In this document: in pieces, positions 1 through 9,911 of the stretch
Numbering within the stretch: position 1 is the first letter of the stretch
Layout of the letters: each line of letters starts with the position of its first letter
Assembly (NCBI GenBank): GCA_964422035.1
Contig: CAYQZQ010000001.1
Span: forward strand, 313,013 to 377,012
DNA length: 64,000 nt
Origin: an uncultured Pseudomonadales bacterium
GTDB lineage: Bacteria > Patescibacteriota > Microgenomatia > UBA1400 > Chazhemtobacteraceae
Direction of reading: 5' to 3'
Notes under the pieces: generated by a model
Seen by the model: only the letters and a program-made list of their open reading frames with translations
What the model was told of the DNA's origin: nothing
Database searches by the model: none
Position numbers and translations under genes: made by a program

Positions 1-387
1 TTGAGCTTGCGAGCTTTTATCTTACAGTTACCTACAATCCACGGCCTGTCAGTTTTGTAGGCAAAACGATAGGCAACTTTTTTTAAAGCATTGGGCAGTA
101 GATAGTCATCTGAATTTAGATAAGCTACAACATCTCCATCTGCTTGCCTTAAGCCTTGATTTAAAGCATCTACTTGACCTTCATCTTTTTGCGACTGCCA
201 GGTAATTAAGTGAGGAAATTTTTCAGCGTATTTTTTGATGATTTCAACGGAGCCATCGGTTGAGCCACCGTCGTATATTAAGTACTGAAGCTGAAAATCG
301 CCTTCTTGACTTACTACTGACTTGATTGTTTGTTCAAGATAGTCTGCTTGATTGTATGAGGGAGTTATAACGGTAAATTTCATAAGC
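1..387 (-). CDS. GT2 family glycosyltransferase, N-terminal part (gene continues beyond window start)
   Basis: Reverse-strand ATG at 385-387; translation MKFTVITPSYNQADYLEQTIKSVVSQEGD...LIYDGGSTDGSVEII shows the GT-A N-terminal motif (PxYN ... DGGSTD). Truncated by the window edge. Confidence 0.6.
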
Positions 388-408
388 ACCTTTGATTATA
401 TAGACTGG

Positions 409-1314
409 TTATGGTTTTCTGAAAAGAAAGTTGGCAGTGGTGATATAACGGCCACGGTAGTTGGAATAAGCAGAAGAGGACTGAAGCTTGTTTAGGTTAT
501 AGTCTGTTTTTCCAATTGGCTTAAGATTGTTTTTTGAGAAAAGATCGATAAAGAGAGAAAGATCTTTTTGTTTGTAAGCACCACCGAGGCGTTTTGAGTA
601 ATTAACCTGACTTTGCCAACGATCTGTTTTTTGTTGAGGAAGATAGAAATCGGTAGTTATGTATATTATTCCACCAGATTTGGTAACTCTGATCATTTCC
701 TGAATAGCTTTCTGGGTATTTTTTATAAATTTCTGATAAGCAATAGGCTGCATCGACTGATAGTTTGCATCCAGGTGCTCTAGAGTTGAGATGGCCAAGG
801 TGATGTCATAACTTTTATCTTTGTATGGCAACTTTAGTACAGAGGCTGACTTGTAATCGACTAAGGAGTTATCTTTAATTCTTGTTTGGTATGGATTTTC
901 CATGGGCTTGGGAAGATCAAGAGCTGTAACACGTGATGAGTGTTTGTCAGCTAAATAGAAAGGCAGTAGACTGGTGCCAACCCCGATATCGAGAACCTTC
1001 TTATCTTTAAAATTAACGTTTGACAGCAGAGCGCCGTATTCCCAAAGTCTTAAACCCAGAGTTTGAGGCTCTGCTAAACGTTTGTACAACTGAAAATCCC
1101 AGAGTAAAGACTTGAAAAGTAGCGGGCGAAATGAAGGCAGGTCAGATACTTTAAAAAGCGAGTTGGCTTTCTTCTTTACCAAAAAAGGGTGCAAGAGAAG
1201 AAAGTAGAAATACTTAACTAGAACAGACTTGTTGTCGGTCTTAAAAGAGTATTGACACCAACGATATGACAGCTTAAAAGCTTGTAATAAGCGTGGCAAT
1301 ACTTTCTTTAGCAT
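409..1314 (-). CDS. Class I SAM-dependent methyltransferase
   Basis: Motif I VLDIGVGTSLL followed by an acidic residue ~20 aa later (VTALDL). 301-aa ORF; the true start may be internal. Confidence 0.6.
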   Translation of the reverse strand: MLKKVLPRLLQAFKLSYRWCQYSFKTDNKSVLVKYFYFLLLHPFLVKKKANSLFKVSDLPSFRPLLFKSLLWDFQLYKRLAEPQTLGLRLWEYGALLSNVNFKDKKVLDIGVGTSLLPFYLADKHSSRVTALDLPKPMENPYQTRIKDNSLVDYKSASVLKLPYKDKSYDITLAISTLEHLDANYQSMQPIAYQKFIKNTQKAIQEMIRVTKSGGIIYITTDFYLPQQKTDRWQSQVNYSKRLGGAYKQKDLSLFIDLFSKNNLKPIGKTDYNLNKLQSSSAYSNYRGRYITTANFLFRKP

Positions 1315-2297
1315 TAGACGTTTTCTCGCCAGTATTGAAGGATGTCTTTAAGGGTTTTTTCAAAAGGAACCTCTGGCTCCCAGCCAGTGGCCTCTTTGAA
1401 CTTGGTGGCATCACCTTCAAGAATTGGTACATCAGAGGGGCGCATGCGCTTGGGGTCTTTTTCGACTTTAATGTCATCTACTGTAGACATCTCTAAAAGC
1501 ATGTCCAACATCTTTTTGATTTTGATAGACTTGCCGGTGGCGATGTTGTATACCTCGCCTGGTTTACCTTTTTGAGTTGCAAGATAGTAGCCTTTTACCA
1601 TGTCGCGAACGTCAGTAAAGTCACGCTTGGCTTGTAGATTACCAACTTTCATAACAGGCTCTTTTTTGCCGGCTTCTATTTGGGCAATTTGCTTGGCAAA
1701 AGTTGAAACGACAAAGACATCTCCTCTTCTTGGTCCGGTGTGATTAAAACCACGGGTGCGGACTATCTTCATGTCGTAGCTTTTGAAGTACTGATAGCCT
1801 AGAAAGTCTAAGCCTACTTTGGAAACAGCATAAGGAGACATGGGACGCAGAGGATTGTCTTCGTTCATTGGCACTTCGTCTGGCTTGACTAGTCCATATT
1901 CCTCTGAGGAGCAGGCAATTTGGATAACTGGATCAACCTGGGCAGCGCGAACTGCTTCAAATAAGTTGCAGGAGCCGGTTACGTTGGTTTCTAGAGTAAC
2001 TGCTGGTGAAGTCCAGGAGGCGGGGACAAAACTTTGAGCCGCAAGATGAAAGACGTAGTCTGGTTTGGCGGCAAAGACGGCTTCCTCAAGTGAGTTTAGA
2101 TCCAGAAGATCAGCTTCAATTAAGTCAAGCTTGTCTTCGATGTGATTAATGTTCTCAGTACGTGAGCGCCAGCGCATGGTGCCATAGACCTGGTGACCTT
2201 CATCTAAAAGTAGCTCGGCCATGTGAGAGCCAGCAAAACCAGTGATGCCGGTAATTAATGAACGGGGCTGATTGGAGGTTTTTTTATTTTTTGCCAT
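1314..2297 (-). CDS. NAD-dependent epimerase/dehydratase (GDP-sugar 4,6-dehydratase / 4-keto-reductase family, Rmd/Gmd-like)
   Basis: N-terminal Rossmann motif ITGITGFAGSHMAELLL. Catalytic YxxxK (PYAVSK). Overall layout of extended SDR nucleotide-sugar enzymes. Confidence 0.75.
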   Translation of the reverse strand: MAKNKKTSNQPRSLITGITGFAGSHMAELLLDEGHQVYGTMRWRSRTENINHIEDKLDLIEADLLDLNSLEEAVFAAKPDYVFHLAAQSFVPASWTSPAVTLETNVTGSCNLFEAVRAAQVDPVIQIACSSEEYGLVKPDEVPMNEDNPLRPMSPYAVSKVGLDFLGYQYFKSYDMKIVRTRGFNHTGPRRGDVFVVSTFAKQIAQIEAGKKEPVMKVGNLQAKRDFTDVRDMVKGYYLATQKGKPGEVYNIATGKSIKIKKMLDMLLEMSTVDDIKVEKDPKRMRPSDVPILEGDATKFKEATGWEPEVPFEKTLKDILQYWRENV

Positions 2298-2646
2298 TTT
2301 CTTTTAAAGATAATTGTCTAATTAATGATTCTATCTTTTTTTGGGTGTCTTTGACTCCAATATGATTTTGAAAGCCCAGGTAAGAGAGAATCATAAAGGC
2401 GCCGATCATAAGTAGATCCATGGCTCGAGTTATAAACAGTTTTTCTAAGAGAGGGTTAAGTAGACCGGGGCGAATTGAAAAAACAATAAATCCAGACCAG
2501 GCAATTACCCAGAAAAGAAACTCGTAGCCTGAGATGTTTGCTCGCTTAAAATGCAAAAAGGTAATGTAAAGCATGAAAAAGGCAAAGGAGATGGCGATGA
2601 TTTGTACACCAAGAATTGAAGTCATGGGCATATTATATAACAGCAC
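2284..2646 (-). CDS. Small polytopic membrane protein (DUF2304-like, typical GT2 neighbour)
   Basis: 120 aa with 3-4 predicted hydrophobic helices and a basic C-terminal tail. Overlaps the dehydratase stop by 14 nt, operon-style. Confidence 0.45.
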   Translation of the reverse strand: MLLYNMPMTSILGVQIIAISFAFFMLYITFLHFKRANISGYEFLFWVIAWSGFIVFSIRPGLLNPLLEKLFITRAMDLLMIGAFMILSYLGFQNHIGVKDTQKKIESLIRQLSLKENGKK

Positions 2647-2690
2647 AGATGCACGAGGGCAAGAATCTGCAGAACTGCTAAGATATTAAT

Positions 2691-3302
2691 ATGCCTGCCA
2701 CAGCTGTAAGCCAACCGATTATTGAAAGAGAAAGCGTTGCCAGAAAGATTTTGCTGGGTATTGGGATTACTTTAACTGTTTTATTGCTTTCAGCGATGGG
2801 TAGAATCATCTACACACAGTTTTATTATTCCCCATCTAAAATAGCCAAGACACCGTACCAAGCAGCCGCAGTACTTAAACAAGAAAACTTATATAAAAGT
2901 GTGAGCAATAGCCAGTGCGGATATGTGTTTGAGTACCCAATAGATTGGCAAAGAAGCACAACCGGACAAACAGTTGTTTTAACTTCTTATAAAGACATGG
3001 ACAGGAGGGCCAACAAGGATGAGCTGAAGATTATAGTGAATTGCAAAACTGTAAGTGAAGAATCTCAGAGTGGGATGATAAACAGGCTGCGCGATAGATA
3101 TGGAGAGGATTTGCCTGCAGTTGAAAGAGTAGAGATGGCAAACAACCCGGCATGGAAACAGAAAATACCAAACCAAAATGGAGACTTGCTTGAGTACTAT
3201 GTGTTTAATCGGAAAGGTGAGGTAGTGGTAATCACAGTTTCACCAATGGAGACCAGTAAACAAAAAGAGTTGGTCGGATTTTTATCTTCTTTAAGATTTT
3301 AA
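2691..3302 (+). CDS. Hypothetical membrane-anchored/secreted protein
   Basis: 203-aa ORF with N-terminal hydrophobic anchor (ILLGIGITLTVLLLSAMG) and a hydrophilic remainder. No recognisable catalytic motif. Confidence 0.5.
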   Translation: MPATAVSQPIIERESVARKILLGIGITLTVLLLSAMGRIIYTQFYYSPSKIAKTPYQAAAVLKQENLYKSVSNSQCGYVFEYPIDWQRSTTGQTVVLTSYKDMDRRANKDELKIIVNCKTVSEESQSGMINRLRDRYGEDLPAVERVEMANNPAWKQKIPNQNGDLLEYYVFNRKGEVVVITVSPMETSKQKELVGFLSSLRF

Positions 3303-3964
3303 TCAAATTTCCACCAGATGGAGTTGAGCAGGATTTTAAAGGCTTCAATGGGAGTAAAACCTTTGTACTTGTCGATGTAGATTGCCTCTATAGGTATGGT
3401 GACGTGTTTTAATTTACCTTGGTGCTTGCCCATCCTGGCTACCATCTCTGTTTCTACCCCGTAGCGAGAAGACTGCCATTTTATAAGGCGGTAAGCCTTT
3501 TTATTAAAGGCTCTAAAGCCACAGGGAATATCGGCAATATAGATGCCAAAAACTAGCCTCATATAGATAGATGAGGATTTATTGCCTAAAAATCTTATTA
3601 AAGGAGTTTGTAGACCAAAGTCCCGTCGGGTAAAGACGATGTCGTAGTCTTGGTTGAGTTTTTCGATGATTTCAGAGAGGTGCTTGGGATCGTGCTGAAG
3701 ATCGGAGTCCATGAGAATGAATTTGTCTGCACCTTTTTTAATAGCGTGTTCAATACCTGTTTTTAAAGCAGCCCCTTTACCCAGATTAAGACGATGGTGA
3801 AGGACGGTAACTCCCTTTTTTATATCTACGGGGACTGGATCAGAGGAACCATCATCAACTACCACAATGGGTAGATCCGGTTGGTATTTTTTGGTTAATG
3901 CCAGAGTTTGCTTGAGCCTTTCTCCTTCGTTATATGCGGGAATGATTAGATATGTTTTATTCAT
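3299..3964 (-). CDS. GT2 glycosyltransferase, Dpm1/GtrB-like polyprenol-phosphate sugar synthase
   Basis: LIIPAYNEGERL ... VVVDDGSSD ... DSDLQHDP motifs (DxD-type GT-A). Short 221-aa size is typical of Dpm1-like enzymes. Confidence 0.75.
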   Translation of the reverse strand: MNKTYLIIPAYNEGERLKQTLALTKKYQPDLPIVVVDDGSSDPVPVDIKKGVTVLHHRLNLGKGAALKTGIEHAIKKGADKFILMDSDLQHDPKHLSEIIEKLNQDYDIVFTRRDFGLQTPLIRFLGNKSSSIYMRLVFGIYIADIPCGFRAFNKKAYRLIKWQSSRYGVETEMVARMGKHQGKLKHVTIPIEAIYIDKYKGFTPIEAFKILLNSIWWKFD

Positions 3965-3970
3965 GTTGGT

Positions 3971-4585
3971 TTATGATACCAGCTCTCTATCTATATAAGT
4001 AAAATCACCGTGTCCAGGAAAGGCTTGGGTATGGCCGGGCAGTTTGGCAAGTTTTTTAAGTGACTGCTTCATCTTGGTGGGACTGGAGTATGAGAAATCA
4101 ACCCGACCGAAACCATCTTTAAAAAGAGTGTCGCCTGAGAAGAGAATATCATCTTGTTTGTTGTACAAGCAGATACTGCCAGGAGTGTGGCCGGGGGTAT
4201 GGATAACTTTTAGTTGGCTGTCCCCTATTGTGATCAGTTGCTTGTCTTTGATAAATTCATCAATCGGGGGAACTGGGCCAGGATCTTGATTTGTCCAGTG
4301 CTTGGTGCTTTGGGGGGCTTTTTTATATAACTTAAGGTCATCTTGGTGCATTAAGATAGGCACATGGGAAAAGTTTAGTTTAAGCTCCAGTAAGCCATTG
4401 ACATGATCAAAATGACCATGAGTAAGAATGATTTTTGTAAGGGTTAGGTCATTTTCTAGTATTTTATTACTGATAAAACCGCCCTCGTCAGAGGGATCAA
4501 TGACAGCAGCCTTGTTGGTAGATTCGTCCCAGATTAGATATGAATTGGTCTTTAATGGGCCGAGTACAAATCTTTTTAGTTGCAT
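3971..4585 (-). CDS. Metallo-beta-lactamase fold hydrolase (glyoxalase II-like)
   Basis: HxHxDH zinc motif ILTHGHFDHVNG, plus downstream HTPGHTPGS and GDTLF motifs. Confidence 0.75.
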   Translation of the reverse strand: MQLKRFVLGPLKTNSYLIWDESTNKAAVIDPSDEGGFISNKILENDLTLTKIILTHGHFDHVNGLLELKLNFSHVPILMHQDDLKLYKKAPQSTKHWTNQDPGPVPPIDEFIKDKQLITIGDSQLKVIHTPGHTPGSICLYNKQDDILFSGDTLFKDGFGRVDFSYSSPTKMKQSLKKLAKLPGHTQAFPGHGDFTYIDRELVS

Positions 4586-4740
4586 AGCTAGCCTTATTTT
4601 ACAGGTAGTTAAGTATTTATTTTACACAAGGTTATGTTATAATAGCTATTGCCGGAAACTGCTATCTATGAAAAGAATAGTCTTACAGAAAAATAATAAA
4701 ACGTGAATTAGATTTTCTATGGTAGATGGCAAGTTTATAA

Positions 4741-4766
4741 TCTCCGGTTAAACGGAGATTTTTTAG
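4741..4766 (+). terminator. Candidate intrinsic terminator (hairpin tctccg-gttaaa-cggaga + T6) upstream of tRNA-Ala
   Basis: 6-bp perfect stem followed by TTTTTT on the + strand. No annotated + strand gene ends here, so this may be an insulator or the end of a small RNA. Confidence 0.35.
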
Positions 4767-4784
4767 TTGGCAAGCCCTTTACAA

Positions 4785-4858
4785 GGGCCTGTAGCTCAGT
4801 CGGCTAGAGCGCTACATTTGCAATGTAGAGGTCGGCGGTTCGATTCCGCCCAGGTCCA
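4785..4858 (+). tRNA. tRNA-Ala (anticodon UGC)
   Basis: Cloverleaf read by eye. Acceptor GGGCCUG/CAGGUCC includes the G3:U70 alanine identity pair. D-loop AGCUCAGUCGGCUAGAGC. Anticodon loop uuUGCaa. T-arm GGTTCGATTCC. Discriminator A. CCA not encoded. Confidence 0.9.
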
Positions 4859-4918
4859 CGTCAGAAAATTACCTGTGGTTTTAAATTTTTTGAAGCCACA
4901 GTTTGTTGGACTGACAAC

Positions 4919-4944
4919 AACTTGGCTCTTTAAAAAGTGAATAG
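4919..4944 (+). promoter_or_regulatory. 5' half of rRNA processing stem (pairs with 9686-9710)
   Basis: aacttggctctttaaaaagtgaatag is nearly perfectly complementary to ctattcactttttaagagccaagtt just after the 23S 3' end. This is classic RNase III-type flanking stem geometry. Confidence 0.55.
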
Positions 4945-5466
4945 AAGTAAAAGGTCGTATTAATTTACACAAAGTAAATTACATCGAAAAATAGAAATAA
5001 GTATTCTCGTTAAAAGTGAATAGTGAATGCCTAGGCAATAAGAGCCTAAGAAGGACGTTTCAAGCCCGCGAAAGTCGCTGGGGAGGGGGCAAGACCCGTT
5101 AATCCAGTGGTGTCCGAATGGGGAAACCCACCTTGAGTAATATCAAGGTATCCTGATTCTTTTGATTCAGGAAGGGAACTTGGGGAACTGAAATATCTTA
5201 GTACCCAAAGGAAAAGAAAACGAAAGAGATTTCCTTAGTAAGCGACGAGCGAAAAGGAAGCAACCCAAACCCAATTTATTGGGGGTTTTGGAGCCTTATA
5301 CGTCAGACAGCGGTTAGCCCAACATCCATGGAATGGGAGACCATAGAAGGTGAAAGTCCTGTAGGTTAAAATCAAAGTCTGATAAAGGATTTCCAGAGTA
5401 CCTCTAGAGACGGCAAACTCTAGAGGGAATTCGGGCCGACCATGGTCCAAGGTTAAATACTCTTAT

Positions 5467-5507
<41 letters not shown>

Positions 5508-6937
5508 ACGGGTTAAACACCCAGTGAAAAGAACCTGAAACTATTTACTGACAAACAGTCAGAGGGAGATTTATCTCCTGATGGCGTGCCTATTGAAGAA
5601 TGAGCCGGCGAGTTATTTCACACAGCAAGGTTAAACTGTTACGCAGTTCAGCCGGAGGGAAACCAAGTCCTCACAGGGCGTTTTAGTTGTGGGAAATAGA
5701 CCCGAAACCAGGTGATCTATCTATGAGCAGGGTGAAGTTAGGGTAAGACCTAGCGGAGGCCCGCACCAGTGCATGTCGCAAAATGCTTGGATGACTTGTG
5801 GATAGTGGTAATATGCCAATCGAACCTGGAGATAGCTGGTTCTCTCCGAAACATGTTTAGGCATGGTCTTTAGTTAAGACTATTGGAGGTAGAGCACTGA
5901 ATGGATATAGGGAGTCAAATCCTTGTATCCAATCAAACTCCGAATGCCAATAGTTATTGCTAGGGAATCAGTGCCCGGGGGCTAAGCTCCGGGGGCAAGA
6001 GGGAAAAATCCCAGACCTCCGCTTAAGGTCTCTAAATATGTACTAAGTGGTTAAGGAAGTTGTGTTCCTCAGACATCTAGGAGGTCGGCTTAGAAGCAGC
6101 CATCCTTGAAAGAAAGCGTAACAGCTCACTAGCAGAGGGATATAGCGTCGAAGATATATGGAGGCTAAGTACATTACCGAAGGCGAGGATTTGTATCTTT
6201 TGATACAAGTGGTAGGAGAGCGTTCTTGTGGCAACGAAGGTCACTCTGTAAGGAGGGCTGGAGCAGCAAGAAGTGAGACTGCCGGCATGAGTAACGAGAG
6301 AGAAGTGAGAATCTTCTCCGTCTAATACCTAAGGTTTCCACCGCGACGTTCGTCGACGGTGGGTCAGGCGATCCTAAGGCGAGGCCAAATGGCGTAGCCG
6401 ATGGACAACCGGTTAATATTCCGGTCCTTGTTAATATTCGTTATAGTTGGGGCGTGACATAGTTGGTTAACTTGAGCGATGCGCAGAAGTTGCATCGTCC
6501 AATCAGCAAGTCAGTTGATCTAGGCAAATCCGGATCAACGTTTATGCAAGCTGTTAATGCTAGTCTGAGGGGGACCAAAGACAAGTCAAGTGACATGAGC
6601 TATCGAGAAAAGCGTCGCAACAAGAATATTTTCAATTCGTACCGCAAACCGACACAGGTAGGTAAGTCGAGTAGACTAAGACGAGCGAGAGAACCCTTTT
6701 TAAGGAACTCGGCAAATTAGCTGGACGTAACCTCGGGAGATGTCCTACCCAATTTATTTGGGTCGCAGCTAACGATTGTGGGGGGACTGTTTAACAAAAA
6801 CACAGGTCTATGCAAAAGCGAAAGCTTACGTATATGGGCTGAAACCTGCCCAGTGCTGGAAGGTTAATTGAGGGGGTGATAGGGACTTGTCCCTTGAGCC
6901 TCTGATTGAAGCCCCAGTGAACGGCAGCAGTAACTAT

Positions 6938-7471
6938 GAAAAATTGTAGTTAAAAAATCTGGCTATATGCTGGAACGTCTTGATAGGTTGACTGTACTAC
7001 TGGTTAATTTGATTAACCACACAGTAAAAATCAGTCAAATAGAGATAATCAGCAGGAAAGGCTCCAAAAGGAGAATCCTCAGAGACTATACGCCAGACAC
7101 CTTCAGAATGAAGGTAATGATATAGTCCGGACCTTATGGAGACATAAGGATTCAGTCAGAAATGACTGAGCGCCAAGATAGCTTGGTTAGTAACCTAACG
7201 GTGAAAGTAACAGAACGAACTGTTCTATGGTAGAAATCGCTGCCATAGTAAAACTTCACTATATGCTGGAAACTCTGAGTATCCTGAAGTACTAACTTTT
7301 GTTAGTAACAATCTTCAGGTGCAGACAATCAGCAGGAAAGGCTCCGGAAGGAGAATCCTCAGAGACTATACGTGAAGCCAGAATTATCTGGAAGATATAG
7401 TCCGACCTCAGTGGCGACACTGAGAGCAGTTAAATTCGTAACTGCCTAGTAACAAGCGTCATCAAATGATG
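6938..7471 (+). mobile_element. Two tandem ORF-less group I intron-like elements inside 23S (near E. coli sites ~1917-1931); internal boundaries unresolved
   Basis: Exon sequence breaks after gtaactat and resumes at aagtgagcgaagttcc. The ~530-nt insert contains two ~270-nt units. Each carries a near-identical core aatcagcaggaaaggctcc(a/g)(a/g)aaggagaatcctcagagactatacg and a gatatagtccg P7-like strand. No ORF. Confidence 0.55.
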
Positions 7472-8039
7472 AAGTGAGCGAAGTTCCTTGTCGGGTAAGT
7501 TCCGACGCGCATGAAAGGTGTAACCACCTCACAACTGTCTTGAAAAGGGACTCGGTGAAATTGAAATGGCTGTGAAGATGCGGCCTACTAACAGCAGGAC
7601 GAAAAGACCCTGTGCAGCTTTACTGTAACTTGACATTGATTTGTATTTTCCAACTGTCGAGCATAGGAGGGAGAGCCATCATTTTGTTGGCTCATCAGTG
7701 GAATACCTCTCTTTGCAAGATGCAAATCTAACCTATGTTATCTGCATACGATAACAGGGACAATGTCTGGTGGGCAGTTTAACTGGGGAGGTTGCTTGCT
7801 AAAGAGTAACGCAAGCGTACAAAGGTATCCTTAGTCCCGATGGAAACGGGACTGTAAGTATATGGATAAAAGGATGCTTAACTGATAGACCTACAAGTCA
7901 AACAGATGCGAAAGCAGGTCCAAGTGATCCTCGTGTGGATTATGGAAACCACCGAGCTTACCGAATAAAAGCTACGCCAGGGATAACAGAGTAGTTGCTC
8001 CTAAGCGTCCACAGCGACGGAGCAGTTCGCTACCTCGAT

Positions 8040-9002
8040 AGACCCATTTAAGATGTCGAGGTCATAAAGTGGCTCATAACGGTGAAACCCTATTCTAGTG
8101 AACAATTCCGACTTGATTTCGGGTTAAATTTGGTTTAATCTGAAATAAGTTAGAGATTAGAGAGGGTAATACCGTGGGAAGTCCAAAAGCTAGAAAGTTC
8201 TGGAACAAGAAGTGGAAAACCATTAAAGATTCTCTTGTCTTGACCAAAAGACAACGTGAATTGATAATAGGCTCTCTTCTTGGTGATGGTACAATGCGGA
8301 TCGGCAAAAATGCTAGACATGCCAACTTCAAAGTTGAACATTGTTTAGCCCAGAAAGATTATGTCTTCTGGAAGTACAATATCATTAAAGATTTTGTATT
8401 CACCGAACCAAAATTGAGTTTCCGTTATAGAAAGGATGGGGATAAATATCCCAAATCTTGGTGGTTTAGAACCATCAGGCATCCATTTCTAACTGAAATT
8501 TATCATTCGTTTTACACTGGAGAGAGATTTCGTACAGGAAGGAAAATAATTCCTGATAGTCTCATCAATGAAGTTACTCCATTTGCTTTGGCAATATGGA
8601 TAATGGATGATGGCTCTTATAATCAAAAGAGTATTGACATCAGCACTTATTCTTTCTCTTCCGATGACATCAAAAAACTCCAGGTTATATTCCGCAGAGT
8701 CTTTGGTATAGAAGCTAAATTCTACAAAGACAGGGATATAGGTTATAGAATGTATTTTTCAATTGAAGAAACACAAGCATTGATCCAGATCATACATCCA
8801 TACTTCATCAATTCGATGAGGTATAAGATAGGCTTTTAGGACCCCGTAACGACTGAATTCTCAAACACCATTTGAGATGAAGATATGTTCTTTGAACTAA
8901 GATTATTTAGTTTAAAATTATGAACATATAACACGCCACTATTCAACTGGATGAAGTTGAATAAAGGTATAGTCTGTTCTATTAGAAATAATAGGTTGAG
9001 TG
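8040..9002 (+). mobile_element. Group I intron in 23S (near E. coli site ~2449) carrying a LAGLIDADG homing endonuclease ORF
   Basis: Exon cacctcgat | gtcggctcagggt is interrupted by 963 nt. The 5' exon ends in T and the intron ends in G. A tatagtc P7-like element lies near the 3' end. The internal ORF is 8174-8839. Confidence 0.7.
8174..8839 (+). CDS. LAGLIDADG-family homing endonuclease (intron-encoded)
   Basis: Two LAGLIDADG-type motifs: [12 protein letters not shown] and [11 protein letters not shown]. 221 aa, lying entirely inside the 23S insertion. Confidence 0.85.
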   Translation: MGSPKARKFWNKKWKTIKDSLVLTKRQRELIIGSLLGDGTMRIGKNARHANFKVEHCLAQKDYVFWKYNIIKDFVFTEPKLSFRYRKDGDKYPKSWWFRTIRHPFLTEIYHSFYTGERFRTGRKIIPDSLINEVTPFALAIWIMDDGSYNQKSIDISTYSFSSDDIKKLQVIFRRVFGIEAKFYKDRDIGYRMYFSIEETQALIQIIHPYFINSMRYKIGF

Positions 9003-9082
9003 GTCGGCTCAGGGTATCCTGGGGGTGAAGAAGCTCCCAAGGGTTGGTCTGTTCGCCCATTAAAACCCTACGTGAGCTGGGT

Positions 9083-9353
9083 AATTGGCAATATGAGCCC
9101 AGCATAAATTCGGCTAATATCGGTGAAGACCTAATTGATAGGTTGATACCGAGGGAAGTCACCAAGCCAGACTTGGTTGACCCCGTAGAGACTGATCCAA
9201 ACCACTAGATAATTGTGGGGAGGAGAGATAAAAGTGCTTTATCTAAGATAGATAAAAATTATACTTTTATAATACGCCGGGCTTTTCTTGAGATTGAACT
9301 CTCAAAGAAAGGAAGATATAGTCCGCACCTTAAGTAATTAAGGAGTATATGTG
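9083..9353 (+). mobile_element. ORF-less group I intron in 23S (near E. coli site ~2593)
   Basis: Exon gagctgggt | tcagaccgtcgtgagacag is interrupted by ~271 nt ending in G. It contains a gatatagtccgcacc P7-like strand shared with the other introns. Confidence 0.55.
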
Positions 9354-9685
9354 TCAGACCGTCGTGAGACAGGTCGGTCTTTATCCGCTGTTAGCGTTGG
9401 ATTCTTGAGGGAAATCGACTCCAGTACGAGAGGACCGAGTTGCGCCAATCCCTAGTGTGCCAGTTGTCGCCGTCAGGTGCATCGCTGGGTAGCTACATTG
9501 GTTTTTTGGATAACTGCTGAAAGCATATAAGCAAGAAGCCGGACCCAAGATTAGGAATCCATGTCCTTTAGGACGAGAGATGCCTGGGAGACTACCAGGT
9601 TGATAGGCTGAAGGTGTAAGCTCGGCAACGAGTTTAGCTGATCAGTACTAACCATCAAAGAGAAAACTTATTTTTCGACCTTTTT

Positions 9686-9710
9686 CTATTCACTTTTTAA
9701 GAGCCAAGTT
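9686..9710 (+). promoter_or_regulatory. 3' half of rRNA processing stem (pairs with 4919-4944)
   Basis: Complementarity described under 4919-4944. Confidence 0.55.
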
Positions 9711-9754
9711 AATCACCTAGAAGCTGGCCAAAGCAGAAAGCTGCTTTTGCTTAC

Positions 9755-9876
9755 TGCTCGGTGATTTGAGCGAGAAGGAACCACCTCTTCCCATTCCGAA
9801 CAGAGTCGTGAAACTTCCCAGCACCGACGATATTATGATCGAAAGGTCATATGAAAATAGGTCATGGCCGAGCAAC
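9755..9876 (+). rRNA. rrf: 5S rRNA
   Basis: Helix I tgctcgg/ccgagca. Conserved loop-C region ccacctcttcccattccgaacagagtcgtgaaac. gcaccgacgat motif. Helix IV hairpin tatgatcgaaaggtcata. Length ~122 nt. Confidence 0.7.
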
Positions 9877-9882
9877 TACAAA

Positions 9883-9911
9883 AGCCTACCTTTGCGGGTA
9901 GGCTTTTTTTT
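9883..9911. terminator. Bidirectional rho-independent terminator (end of 5S, and of the convergent minus-strand gene 9910-11052)
   Basis: agcctacc-tttgcg-ggtaggct hairpin is followed by T8 on + and preceded by A4 on + (T-run on -). The stop codon of the minus-strand gene lies in the T-tract. Confidence 0.7.

Noticed and set aside
1274-2037. Short ORFs 1274-1477 -, 1293-1496 +, 1342-1575 +, 1840-2037 +
   Set aside because: Antisense or out-of-frame overlaps with the well-supported methyltransferase and epimerase/dehydratase genes. No motifs, low-complexity composition.
2979-4706. Short ORFs 2979-3176 -, 4044-4289 +, 4428-4706 +
   Set aside because: Embedded in or antisense to the hypothetical + gene, the MBL hydrolase gene and its upstream region. 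No independent support.
9755-9876. Apparent insertion in 5S rRNA (attatgatcgaaaggtcatatgaaaatag)
   Set aside because: On alignment this segment corresponds to the normal helix IV/V hairpin (equivalent to GGGGGUUUCCCCC...GAGAGUAGG) with AT-rich substitutions. Total length ~122 nt, so there is no intron in 5S.
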